From Epithemia pelagica (lineage: Eukaryota; Protista; Bacillariophyta), in NCBI GenBank assembly GCA_946965045.2, contig OX337230.1, positions 372,001 through 436,000 on the forward strand: DNA of 64,000 nt, in the 5' to 3' direction. Below are positions 30,851 through 42,376 of this stretch, piece by piece. The notes under the pieces are model-generated. The model saw only the letters and a list, made by a program, of their open reading frames with translations, made no database searches and was not told the origin of the DNA. Positions within the stretch are counted from its first letter, which is position 1; the number at the start of each line of letters is the position of its first letter. The translations under genes were made by a program, and so were the position numbers.

Positions 30851-33800
30851 ATGGATCCTCAATCACCCAAGACACCTACGACTCTTAAGGGAGAAGATAA
30901 CCAAGACAATGTCTCGGACACAGACCTATTCGACCACATCATATTTACTGTCTGCCAATTCTTCACCAAAGAAAGGGCCGACTACTTAATGAAGTGGATG
31001 AAATACCATGGTTTTGAGAACATTACCCATGATATCTCGTATATGCAAACTAATACCGAGGAATCCATGAAGGAACTGACACAATACAAGGTCAACAAAC
31101 AGACACATGATCTACAAGGCCCCACAAGACAGCAGATCAAGCTCTTGGCTTATTGGGCCACATACAAGACCAATGAAATTCAAGACGAGCTATCCAATAG
31201 CGACTGGATGAACCTAACGAGGAAAGAGTTCAACACTTGGAGGATCAACACAGATTTCTCTAAGGGACCACCTAGCCAAGTCCCAGTCTCGCCAATGAAG
31301 TCACCGTCATCTGTGAAATCTGTCAGCACAGTTACTGCCGCATCCCAATCTCAACAAGACCTTACAGCATTCAGAAAGGGAACTAAGCGTGACGCAACTG
31401 CATATGAGGTATTCAAGGATGAACGATACTACGATTCATTCTGGCGTGTATTCAAGACTACAGCTAAGGCTCAAGGCCTATCCAACGTTCTGAATTTCAA
31501 ATACACACCACCCCATGATGATGAGTATGCCGAAGAACTTTTTCAAGAGCAACAAGTATTTCTTTACTCCGTTCTTGTCCGTATCATTCAGACTGACCAA
31601 GGTCGAGCCTATGTACGTGAACATGAACATGATGAAGATGCGCGTGCCGTATTGCAGAAGTTACACTCTTTGCATACCGAATCCGACCTAGCAAAGCGAG
31701 AGGTCCTCCGCTTAACCAACTACATTTCCAATCTACGTCTTGACGACACATGGCGCGGAACAACACGTCAATTTCTTCTACACTTTCAAGAGCAGCTACG
31801 TTTGCTAGACAATTTAGTGACATTGTCTGATCGCATCCCTGATCATACCAGGATGACCTTCCTCATGCAAGCTGTAGAAAAGGTACCTGATCTCCGCCGA
31901 GTCAAGATCTTGGATAATGTGGTGAACACCAAATCCGGTGCAAAATCCCTTTGCTATCAATCATACTTCCGTCTCCTTCTAGACGCAGCTTATGACCATG
32001 ATCAAGCAACCCAGTCATCTGTTCATAGTCGCCGTCGACATGTCAAACAACATGAATCACTATATGGCCAAGATACAGATGCTGACATAACCTCACAAGA
32101 TGATATGGAGTATCATGTCCACAACACCAAAGCGACATCTGAATCTCCATCCTCTTCGTCCAAGGTTAGTCTACCGCGTGACCTATGGTTCAAACTTTCT
32201 GAAGAAGATCGCAAGTTGATCATTGAGTATAACAAGATGATTCAAGCACCTTCATCAACAACACCGAGGACAGTGCAAACACATGCCCTCGACATTGATC
32301 CGGAACCTGATCCTGACCCCAACCAAGTTGCATCTGATGACGACTCACCTGGCGTAGTCCCTGAGCATTCAGATGATTCAGATCCGGTTACACAATTTAT
32401 CAACCAAGCCATGACGACTGATATCAATCACCCGGCAACTGACCTGACTAGTGTTCTTTCTAACGCCAAGTCCAAGACGAGCAAGAAGGTTACTTTCAAA
32501 GCCAACATGCATAAACAAGCAGGACATGTTCCACGCTATTTGTTTTCCAGGAAATCTACTTTACCAGGGAATCAATTGATTGACCGTGGTGCTAATGGAG
32601 GACTTGCTGGTTCTGACATGCGCATCCTTTCTAAGACTGGCCGCCATATCACTATTGTGGGTATTGATAACCATGAACTTACTGGACTTCCTGTCGTCAC
32701 ATGTGCCGCAAAGTTTGAGACCAATGATGGACCTATTGTCGGCATCTTCAATGAATATGCTTATTATGGGAAGGGCTTATCTATCCATGCTCCTGGTCAA
32801 TTCGAGCATTTCGGACTTGCTGTTGATGAACGATCTCTTAAAGTTGATGGTAAACAACGCATCACTACACTTGATGGTCGTGCCATACCCCTTCACATCA
32901 AGGATGGGTTAGCCTACATCCACTCCTTGGGTATCCCCAGCGACGATGACATGGATACCTTACCTCAGATCATCTTCACGTCACCCGACACATGGGATCC
33001 TGGTGTTCTGGACCATTCGTATTCTCCCACACCCTCTGACAATGATCCTGATTGGAAACACGTCAACACTGATGGTAGTATGTCGAACCATCCATATGAC
33101 AACTATGGGGAGTACACTGATCGTGTTGTTTGTAACCTCAATCTCCTTTTGGATCTCCCATACGATCATGGACCTGACGACGCACCCTTCTTTTCTATCT
33201 ATGCTGACGCAGAAGGTAATGATCCTACACTTCATGCCTCTGTCCACCGTCGTTACCAGGAAGCGTATGACTGGAAGAAGTTCCGTCCATTCTTTGGTTG
33301 GCAATCTGAAGATGTTATTGCCGATACGTTCAAGCACACTACACGTAATGGTAGCATTACTTTTGACCACGACACCCTCAAGAAACATTTCAAGGCTCGC
33401 AATCCGGTCCTTAATATACCTCGACGCCATGAACCCGTTGCTACTGACTCGGTTTTCTCCGACACTCCTGCTGTTGACCATGGCGGTAAAGTCGCACAAA
33501 TCTTTGTTGGTCGAGATACTCTGGTTACTGATATCTATGGGATCAAGTCAACCAAACAGTTTGTCAATACTCTTCAGGACAACATCCGGTTTCGTGGTGC
33601 CATGGAGACTCTTATCAGTGATGGTGGTTCATCTCTCATCTCTCAAAAGGTTAAAGACATTCTTCGCACTTTGCTTATTGGGGAGTATCGATCCGAACCT
33701 TATCATCAACACCAGAATAAGGCTGAAAACCGTTACCAGACCGTTAAACGTATGACCAACGCTCTCATGAATGCCACTGGTTGCCCTGCCAACACCTGGC

Positions 33801-36538
33801 TTCTTTGCCTTGAGTATGTCTGTGACTTATTGAACCATACGTCATCACCCACCCACTCCGGTCGCACTCCTCTTGAGGCTCTCTCCGGACGCCCACCCGA
33901 CATTACTCATCTCTTGTTCTTTCCTTTCTGGGATGAGGTTTACTACCGTGTCGACCCCGCTGAACCCAATTCCGGTTCATATCCATCTTCTTCTGACGAG
34001 AAACTTGGCCACTGGGTTGGTTTTGCTCACAACGTTGGTGATTCTTTTACTTGGAAGATTCTCACCCAGGATAACCAGATCATCTACCGTTCTGCCGTTC
34101 GCCGTGTTGAATCCACTACACCTAACCTACGTGTGGATCGACCTTCAGGGGAGGATTCGTTTGAGAAGGATGACAATGATAAGCAAGCTGACACTGTCTT
34201 CATTCGCAGTGATAGTGAAGATCCATCCAAACCAATGCCCACGATCGATTTTGACGACATGATAGGACGCACATTCCTATGCGACACAGAAGAAAATGGG
34301 GAGCGACACCGTGCACGTGTCATCAAACGAGTCATTGATCTTAATGAAGAAGCAACGAAACAGGAAGAACGTGTCAAGTACATCTACCGAAAGACAAATT
34401 CTGATGTTGATGAGATGATATCCTATAATCAACTCATGGAGTATATCGAACGAGATAACCAAGCTCAAACCTCTGGAGATAATCTTTTCAGGTTCAGGGA
34501 CGTCATTGCCCATCAAGGCCCACTGAACACAACTGATCCAGATTACAAGGGGAGCAAATATAATTTGCTTGTTGATTGGGAAACTGGGGAGACTACCTAT
34601 GAACCTTTATCACTCATCGCCAATGATGATCCGATCACTGTAGCAATTTATGGAAAGAAACATGATTTACTCAACGAACCTGGATGGAAGCATTTGAAAC
34701 GTTATGTCAAAACAAGCAAACGTCTCATTCGAGCAGCCAAACAGTCAAGGATTAAACAAGTTCACCATTCCGTCAAGTATAAGTTTGGATTCCAAGTACC
34801 ACGCAATTATGAGGAAGCTGTCGCTCTTGATAAACAACATGGCAACACAAAGTGGCAGGATGCAACAGAATTAGAATTGTCACAGATCCAGTCCTACAAG
34901 ACATTCAAGGATTTTGGGAAAGCCATCTTCATTAAAGGGAAAGTATCCAATGCACCTGAAGGATATCATAAGATACGTGTACATCTTGTCTTTGACGTAA
35001 AACATGATGGACGACATAAAGCAAGACTTGTCGCAGATGGACATCTCACGAAAGAACCTGTTGAGACAATCTATTCAGGTGTTGTTTCCATTCGCAACCT
35101 CCGCATTGCCTTATTCCTGGGTACTTTGAATGACTTGGAAATATGGGGAGCAGATATTGGAAATGCATATCTGGAAGCCTTGACAGGGGAGAAAATTTTC
35201 ATTGTCGCAGGACCTGAATTCAAGGAATTAGAAGGTCACATCCTGATTATATACAAGGCACTTTATGGATTGAAGTCATCAGGCGCACGCTGGCATGATG
35301 TCTTATTCGATGTTTTGACAGACATGGGATTTTCACCAAGCAAAGCAGATCTGGATATCTGGATGAGGAAAGCACCTGGAGAAGACTGTTACGAATACAT
35401 TGCCGTATACGTTGATGACTTAGCCATTATTTCTACTGATCCTGGGAATATCTGCAAGATCCTAAAGGAGAAATACAACTTCAAACTCAAAGGAGATGGA
35501 CCTATTGATTTCCATTTGGGATGTTGTTACACCAAGGATTCTGATGGAACATTAGTAGCAGATCCAAGACGCTACATTGGTAAGATGATGGACACTTTCG
35601 AACGAATCTTCAAGGAGAAACCCAAGAAAGCCAAAACACCTCTTATTGGTGGAGACCATCCTGAATTGGATGATTCTGAGCTCCTTGATGAAGAAGGTAC
35701 TAGCCATTTCCAAACTCTGATTGGACAACTCCAATGGGTGATCACTATTGGTCGTTTCGACGTCTTCACCGCTACAATGACGCTATCACGCTTTCGCGCT
35801 GCTCCGAGGAAAGGACATCTTGATAGAGCCAAGCGTATCTATGGATACCTTGCACATCTCCCAGAAGGCGCAATCAGATTTAGGATTGGAGAGCCTGATT
35901 ATTCAAGTCTTCCTACCCAAGAATTTGATTGGACTCGCACTGTCTATTCGAATGCAAGTGAACGTATTCCTGAAGACTGCCCAACACCTCTTGGCCGCTA
36001 TGTTACCACAACTCATTATGTTGATGCCAATCTCATGCATGACATAGTCACTGGTAAATCCGTCACTGCTGTTCTACATTTGTTGAACGGAACACCTATT
36101 GACTGGTACAGCAAGAGACAGAGCACGGTGGAAACTGCTACCTATGGATCCGAGTTTGTGGCTGCAAGGACAGCAATAGATCAGATTACAGAATTACGAC
36201 ATTCTCTCCGCTACCTTGGAGTACCTATCCGAGAGCAAAGTTACATGTACGGAGATAACAGATCCGTTGTGCTCAATGCAACCGTTCCTCATTCCATACT
36301 ATCCAAGAGACACCATCTTCTGTCATACCACCGAGTTCGTGAAGCCATCGCAGCAAAGTATGTTGCATTCTACTGGAAAGATGGAAAGACCAACCCTGCC
36401 GATATCCTTAGCAAACATTGGGATTTCGTATCTATTTGGCCCATGCTCAAGCCATTGCTGTTTTGGAAAGGAGAAGTTCAAGATCTCAACAAATCCAATG
36501 ATGACAAGGCTGAAACGACGAGCTGTGGGGAGTGTTAG
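30851..36538 (+). CDS. Gag-Pol polyprotein of element B (gag, protease, integrase, RT, RNase H)
   Basis: Protease LIDRGANGG; integrase VATDSVF / LISDGG / KAENRY; RT ADIGNAYL and YVDDL; RNase H YVDANL, TYGSEF and NPADILSK. Confidence 0.97.
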   Translation: MDPQSPKTPTTLKGEDNQDNVSDTDLFDHIIFTVCQFFTKERADYLMKWMKYHGFENITHDISYMQTNTEESMKELTQYKVNKQTHDLQGPTRQQIKLLAYWATYKTNEIQDELSNSDWMNLTRKEFNTWRINTDFSKGPPSQVPVSPMKSPSSVKSVSTVTAASQSQQDLTAFRKGTKRDATAYEVFKDERYYDSFWRVFKTTAKAQGLSNVLNFKYTPPHDDEYAEELFQEQQVFLYSVLVRIIQTDQGRAYVREHEHDEDARAVLQKLHSLHTESDLAKREVLRLTNYISNLRLDDTWRGTTRQFLLHFQEQLRLLDNLVTLSDRIPDHTRMTFLMQAVEKVPDLRRVKILDNVVNTKSGAKSLCYQSYFRLLLDAAYDHDQATQSSVHSRRRHVKQHESLYGQDTDADITSQDDMEYHVHNTKATSESPSSSSKVSLPRDLWFKLSEEDRKLIIEYNKMIQAPSSTTPRTVQTHALDIDPEPDPDPNQVASDDDSPGVVPEHSDDSDPVTQFINQAMTTDINHPATDLTSVLSNAKSKTSKKVTFKANMHKQAGHVPRYLFSRKSTLPGNQLIDRGANGGLAGSDMRILSKTGRHITIVGIDNHELTGLPVVTCAAKFETNDGPIVGIFNEYAYYGKGLSIHAPGQFEHFGLAVDERSLKVDGKQRITTLDGRAIPLHIKDGLAYIHSLGIPSDDDMDTLPQIIFTSPDTWDPGVLDHSYSPTPSDNDPDWKHVNTDGSMSNHPYDNYGEYTDRVVCNLNLLLDLPYDHGPDDAPFFSIYADAEGNDPTLHASVHRRYQEAYDWKKFRPFFGWQSEDVIADTFKHTTRNGSITFDHDTLKKHFKARNPVLNIPRRHEPVATDSVFSDTPAVDHGGKVAQIFVGRDTLVTDIYGIKSTKQFVNTLQDNIRFRGAMETLISDGGSSLISQKVKDILRTLLIGEYRSEPYHQHQNKAENRYQTVKRMTNALMNATGCPANTWLLCLEYVCDLLNHTSSPTHSGRTPLEALSGRPPDITHLLFFPFWDEVYYRVDPAEPNSGSYPSSSDEKLGHWVGFAHNVGDSFTWKILTQDNQIIYRSAVRRVESTTPNLRVDRPSGEDSFEKDDNDKQADTVFIRSDSEDPSKPMPTIDFDDMIGRTFLCDTEENGERHRARVIKRVIDLNEEATKQEERVKYIYRKTNSDVDEMISYNQLMEYIERDNQAQTSGDNLFRFRDVIAHQGPLNTTDPDYKGSKYNLLVDWETGETTYEPLSLIANDDPITVAIYGKKHDLLNEPGWKHLKRYVKTSKRLIRAAKQSRIKQVHHSVKYKFGFQVPRNYEEAVALDKQHGNTKWQDATELELSQIQSYKTFKDFGKAIFIKGKVSNAPEGYHKIRVHLVFDVKHDGRHKARLVADGHLTKEPVETIYSGVVSIRNLRIALFLGTLNDLEIWGADIGNAYLEALTGEKIFIVAGPEFKELEGHILIIYKALYGLKSSGARWHDVLFDVLTDMGFSPSKADLDIWMRKAPGEDCYEYIAVYVDDLAIISTDPGNICKILKEKYNFKLKGDGPIDFHLGCCYTKDSDGTLVADPRRYIGKMMDTFERIFKEKPKKAKTPLIGGDHPELDDSELLDEEGTSHFQTLIGQLQWVITIGRFDVFTATMTLSRFRAAPRKGHLDRAKRIYGYLAHLPEGAIRFRIGEPDYSSLPTQEFDWTRTVYSNASERIPEDCPTPLGRYVTTTHYVDANLMHDIVTGKSVTAVLHLLNGTPIDWYSKRQSTVETATYGSEFVAARTAIDQITELRHSLRYLGVPIREQSYMYGDNRSVVLNATVPHSILSKRHHLLSYHRVREAIAAKYVAFYWKDGKTNPADILSKHWDFVSIWPMLKPLLFWKGEVQDLNKSNDDKAETTSCGEC
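36524..36532 (+). promoter_or_regulatory. Polypurine tract of element B (TGTGGGGAG)
   Basis: Immediately upstream of the 3' LTR start at 36533. Confidence 0.8.
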
Positions 36539-37315
36539 AATTCTCACCGTCTATGGTGGCTAGATTCTACATCTCATCGATTCCCCATGTCACATAGCCT
36601 CGTGCTATCGCATCATGCCATCTAGCTTCGAGCTATGTTTCCTAGCTTTGCGCTATATCGACCTATATTTCTTCGCAAATCATGAAAAGTGAGAATAGAT
36701 TGACGAACTCACTCTCAAGACTAAACTGGGTCGTGCGGTATTACAACGGACGTAAATTTGGCCGTTGCTCGGACATTATACTAACGCCCTAAGCGTACGC
36801 GCCCGAAATCATCGAGCGCGCCCAAGCGACATCCGAGCGCTATCGGAATCTATCCGACCCAACGGTCTAAGTATCCCAAGCACGACACACGATCACGCGA
36901 GACCATATTTCCATTCCCACAATCTCCAAATTGTCAACAAGCTGCGCGCCATGAAAACAACTATGCCAACCCAAAGCAAGAGCTGTTGACCCTGTATATG
37001 TTATCCGCCCACATATACATGTCATATACATCACATGAATCAACTCCAACTATTCCAAACCTGTTGCCGCCAAGAACCTATGACACATGACCCTTGGCAG
37101 GACCGAACATTTCACGTAGACCTATCGTAGTAATCAACACACAATCTAACAATATCACCATTTATCACATCTTCTTTTGTGTCCCGACTATCCTTCTGAT
37201 AGACTTCGACTTGCTTGCTTCTCTGACCCTGAGAAGCTTGTATCGGTTGGTGACCTACCTGATTGTCTGCTCTACCGAGCATCAATGCCCCTACGATTCA
37301 GAAAGAATTGTAACA
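36533..37315 (+). repeat. 3' LTR of element B
   Basis: Near-identical to 29370-30152 and followed by TSD GTGCG. Confidence 0.97.
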
Positions 37316-40300
37316 GTGCGAGGTACTTGGAAACCAAACTTGTACTTGATAGAGCGACGAACTTGTTTGATCCTGGATTGTTTAGCTGCTCGAATGAGTC
37401 TTTTGCTTGTCTTGACGTATCGCTTGAGATGTTTCCATCCAGGTAGATCCAGCAAACCATTTTTCTTGGCATAGATGGCGACTGTGATGGGGTCATCATT
37501 TGCAATAAGAGATAGAGGTTCGTATGTCGTCTCCCCAGTCTCCCAATCAACAAGGACATTATATTTACTCCCTTTATAGTCTGGGTCGCTTGAGTTCAAA
37601 GGTCCTTGGTGTGCAATAACGTCTCTGAATCGGAAGAGACTATCCCCTGTCGTTTGGGCTTGATTATCCCTTTCAATGTATTCCATGAGCTGGTTGTAGG
37701 AGATCATCTCATCAACATTGGAGTTAGACTTGCGAAAGATATATTTGAGTCGATCTTCTTGTTTGGTTGCATCTTGTTCCAGGTCGACAACTCGTTTGAT
37801 TACTCGTGCTCGGTGGCGCTCCCCATTCTCTTCAGTGTCACAAAGGAATGTGCGTCCAACTAAATCGTCGTAGTCAATTGTTGGCATAGGTGTGGATGGG
37901 TCTTCACTTCTGCTGCGAATAAAGACAGTGTCACCTTGCTTGTCAGTGGGTTTATGCGGCGACTCCTCCCCTGAAGAGATATCCACACGAAGGTTGGGGG
38001 TAGTGGAGGCAACGCGACGGACAGCGGAACGGTAGATGATGACGTTGTCGGCAGTGAGGATCTTCCAAGTAAAGGCATCACCAACATTGTGGGCAAAACC
38101 AACCCAGTGGCCAATCTTCTCGTCGGGAGACGAAGGGTAAGAACCGGAGGTAGGTTCAGAAGGGTCGACACGATAGTAGACCTCATCCCAGAAAGGAAAG
38201 AAAAGGAGATGGGTAATGTCGGGTGGGGTACCGGTAAGAGCCTCAAGAGGGGTGCGGCCAGAGTGGGTGGGAGAGGAAGTGTGATTGAGGAGGTCACACA
38301 CATATTCTAAACAAAGTAACCATGCAGAAGCAGGGCAACCAGAGGCATTCATGATAGCATTGGTCATACGCTTAACGGTCTGGTAGCGGTTCTCAGCTTT
38401 GTTCTGGTGTTGATGATAGGGCTCGGAACGGTATTCACCAATCAGAAGGGTGCGAAGAATATCCTTGACCTTGTGGGAAATAAGTGACGAACCACCATCA
38501 CTGATCAAAGTCTCCATGACACCACGTGTACGAATGTTATCCTGGAGGGTATTGACAAATTGCTTGGTAGACTTGATACCATAAATGTCAGTAACCAAAG
38601 TATCACGACCAACAAAAATCTGAGCAATCTTGCCACCATGGTTAACAGCCGGGGTGTCGGAGAAGATGGAGTCAGTGGCAACGGGTTCATGCCGTCGTGG
38701 TAGGTTAAGGATAGGATTCCGGGCCTTAAAGTGTTTCTTCAAGGTATCCTGGTCAAAGGAAATGTGTCCATGACGAGTTGTATGCTTGAACGTATCGGCG
38801 ATTACGTCTTCCGATTGCCACCCAAAGAAAGGGCGAAATTTCTTCCAGTCGTATTGTTCCTTGTAGAGTTTGTGGACAGACGCATGAAGTGTGGGGTCGT
38901 TGCCATCTTGATCAGCATAGATGGAAAAGAAGGAAGGTGTATCGGGGCCATGATCATATGGGAGATCAAGGAGGAGATTCAAAGTGCATACAATGCGATC
39001 GGTATACTCCCCATATTGGTCATAGGGGTACGTTTCCATACTACCATCAGTCTCCACAGATGTCCAGTTCGGTGCAGGGTCTTGATGGGGGTCTGGATGG
39101 GTATGGTCAAGTACAGAAGGATCCCAGATATGGGGTGAAGTGAACACAATATGCGGATATTTATCCATATCGTCATCAGAAGGGATTCCCAGAGATTGAA
39201 TGTATGCGAGGCCATCCTTGATTCGTAAGGGCAATGCACGTCCATCAAGGGTAGTAATGCGTTGTTTGCCATCAACCTTGACGGATCGTTCGTCGACAGA
39301 TAGGCCGAAATGTTCAAATTGCGCTGGGGCATGGATAGATAAACCCTTTCCATAATGGGCATACTCATTGAAGATACCAATAATGGGTCCATCACTTGTA
39401 TCAAACTTGGCAGCACAGGTAACAACTGGAAGGCCAGTCAATTCATGATTGTCAATACCTACGATGGTAATATGACGTCCGGTTTTGGCAAGGATACGCA
39501 TGTCAGATCCTGCAAGGCCTCCATTGGCACCTCGATCGATGAGTTGATTACCAGAAAAGGTGGATTTGCGGGAGAATAGATATCGTGACATATGAACCTT
39601 TTGCTTGTGATCGGCAGAAGACTTGAACTTGACTTTAGGACTTGACTTTGTCGTAGAAGTTGACAAGATGTTGCTGAGGTCAGATGCTGGATGATTGATA
39701 TCTGTCGATGCAATAGCCTGGTGTACAAACTGGGTAACCGGATCAGAGGATGTATCGAATGGATCTTGTTCTGGTGCATCTTGATGGGTATCACCAATGT
39801 TGTTGGCATCAGGATCAGGGTCCGGTTCAGGATCAATGTCAAGAGAATGTGTTTGGACCTTGCATGGAGTTGTCGGGGAATCTTGGACGGATTTATTGAA
39901 GTCGACAATGATTTGCCGATCCTCTTCAGAGAGTTTAAACCATACATCTCTTGGAAGGCTGATTTTTGACGAAGTTGGGGACTTTTCGGATTGGATATTC
40001 GTGTTGTTGATCTGGTAGTCAGGAGGCTCCACTGGTTCAAAAGGTTCATCCGACTGAAATTCATGTTGCTTTACATGACGACGGCGGTTAGACGCAGAAG
40101 TTCGGGTAGCTTGGTCATGGTCAAAAGCAGCATCAAGAAGCAGGCGGAAATATGATTGATAACAGAGAGACTTGGCTCCAGATTTTGTGTTGACAACGTT
40201 ATCCAAGATCTTGACTCGTCTTAAATCAGGTACCTTTTCAACAGCTTGCATAAGGAAGGTCATCCTTGTATGGTCATGGATACGATCCGACAGTGGTACA

Positions 40301-41268
40301 AGGTTATCCAGAAGTCGTAGCTGTTCTTGAAAATGTAGGAGAAACTGACGAGTTGTACCACGCCAAGAGTCATCCAGTCGAAGATTCGAAATGTAGCTTG
40401 TTAGGCGTAACACTTCTCGCTTAGCTAGATCAGATTCAGTGTGTAGAACATGGAGTTTCTTCAAGACGGCTCTTGCATCTTCATCGTGTTCATGTTCTCG
40501 AACATATGCTCTTCCTTGGTTGGTTTGGATAATACGTACAAGTACAGAATAGACAAAGACTTGTTGTTCTCGGAAAAGTAACTCTGCGCATTCGTCATCC
40601 TTGGGTACCTTGTAATCGAAATCAAGAACATTCGACAATCCTTGTGCTTTCGCAGTTGATTTGAATACACGCCAAAACGAATCAAAATATCGTTCGTCTT
40701 TGAATGATTCAAATGCTGTTGCATCTCTTTTGGTTCCTTTCTTGAAAGCAGAGAGATCTAACATGGATTGAGATGTTGTAGAGGATGTAGTGGGAGATCG
40801 GGATGATACGGAGTGTGCAGGTGATTTCAGAGGAGAAACTGGGTCTTGGTTCATACCAGACTTGGTAAAGTCGGTGTTGATCCTCCAATCGTCATATTGG
40901 TCCCTCGTGAGGTTCATCCATGTAGCACGGGGTAGTTTTCCATGTTGGAGTTGCCGTTGTTGTAGTAACCAATATGCCATTAGTTTGAGTTGTAATCTTG
41001 TACTTGTCTGTAGGTTGTTGACTTGTTTTCCAACCTTGTATTGCATGAGATCCTTGAGTGTCTCCTCGGGATCAGTTGCAACATGGTCGAGGACATGAAG
41101 GATATGTTCAAAACCATGATGTCGCATCCACTTTTGAAGTGATTGGGCTCGTTCATCATTACAACCAAAGATGCCTTTAGTTATATGGTCGAAGAGATCT
41201 TGATTGGTTATATGACTTGACTTGTCCTCAGAAGGAGTAAACGGTGTCTTGGGTGATTGAGGATCCAT
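37316..41268 (-). pseudogene. Gag-protease-integrase half of element A gag-pol
   Basis: Runs MDPQSPKTP...LIDRGANGG...LISDGG...KYKFGFQVPRT. Joining it to 29364-27636 gives 5682 bp, i.e. 1894 codons in frame (QVPRT|YEEAV). Confidence 0.95.
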
Positions 41269-41582
41269 GGTGTTATTTGGTTGGTTCGATGTTTATTTAA
41301 TGTGCGGTGTGATGTGGTTTATTTAATGTGTGATGTGATGTGAACCCGGATGTACCACGTGTGCCACGTATGTACCACGTATATGATACCCGGATGTGTG
41401 TTGTGATGTGCGACTCCTGGAAATTTCCGTTGATTCCGACAAATTTTCGCCGAGTTTCAACAAATTTTCGCCGAATTTTCGCGATTTGACGGGAATGTGT
41501 GGCGTGTTGTGCGACCAAGGCTACCCGGATGTGCGGAACTCGGTCTTGTGTCTGGTTTGGTGTAGAAACTACGTAAAGTTAC

Positions 41583-42338
41583 TTATTCTTGGTCACTTTC
41601 GGCTCGGTACTGAAGACGAGATGCGGAATCGGTCACTGTAGTGGCTAGTTCTTCAACGTCGTCGTCTTCCAACAAGTGGTTCACGTGTTGAGTGAAGAGA
41701 GGGTAGATAGTCGCACGGAAATCCTGGCAGAGATGGATCTCGTGAACAAAGGAGACGTACTCGTCGAGACGAGTAGTCGGGGTAGGTAACGGATTCGACG
41801 TCGAGTTGACGATCCAGATGGTGTGGAAGTAGTTGGTTGGACGTTCAAAGGAGATGAACCGAATACGGATGGGTTCCACAGGGTTGCCCAACAGGGCTTG
41901 GACAATGAAACGGCGTCTCGAGCACTGGTTCAAGAGGTCGAGAAGTCGTTGGATGTCCTCAAGGTCAGTCACGGGTTGGACGGACTGGAAATCGATCTCG
42001 CGTTCGGTTGTGGAACGGATCACGTCGGGGTCGGTAGTCGACTCAGTCGGCTCGCGGAAGTGTCGGATATGCGCAGTAAGAAGACGGCTCGTACGTCGGG
42101 TGCGAGTAGGGTTCAAACGGCGAGGCGGAGTCGAAGGTTGAGTCGGGATCGAAGGAGGCTGGACCACTTGGTCCGGGGTCTGGAAGGGATTCGGAGCACT
42201 GGCCTGAGTCGGGGTCGGTTTCGGAGTTTCAATCAAGGGCTCGCCCGGATGGGCCACGGGTGGATGGAGTTCCTCCCCGCTTTGTTGGAAGGAATGAAAG
42301 ATGTGTCGAATAGAGAGGTTGGAATCGTCGTGAGACAT
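41583..42338 (-). CDS. Extra ORF (ORF0) upstream of gag in element A, 251 aa
   Basis: ATG at 42338, just past the PBS. Pro/Thr-rich middle, then RLDEYVSFVHEIHLCQDFRATIYPLFTQHVNHL, homologous to ORF0 of B. Confidence 0.72.
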   Translation of the reverse strand: MSHDDSNLSIRHIFHSFQQSGEELHPPVAHPGEPLIETPKPTPTQASAPNPFQTPDQVVQPPSIPTQPSTPPRRLNPTRTRRTSRLLTAHIRHFREPTESTTDPDVIRSTTEREIDFQSVQPVTDLEDIQRLLDLLNQCSRRRFIVQALLGNPVEPIRIRFISFERPTNYFHTIWIVNSTSNPLPTPTTRLDEYVSFVHEIHLCQDFRATIYPLFTQHVNHLLEDDDVEELATTVTDSASRLQYRAESDQE

Positions 42339-42362
42339 CGAAAGCTTCTCGGAAATAAACGA

Positions 42363-42376
42363 TGAGACTGTTAATC
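42363..42376 (-). promoter_or_regulatory. Primer-binding site of element A (tRNA-Asn anticodon arm)
   Basis: Plus strand TGAGACTGTTAATC, i.e. GATTAACAGTCTCA in element sense, abutting the 5' LTR end at 42377. Confidence 0.85.

Larger units (their letters stand above)
29370..37315 (+). mobile_element. Ty1/copia LTR retrotransposon B (CoDi-like), intact, 7946 bp, nested antisense in A
   Basis: 783-bp LTRs with TG...CA ends, TSD GTGCG (29365-29369, 37316-37320) and an uninterrupted 1895-aa gag-pol. Confidence 0.98.
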
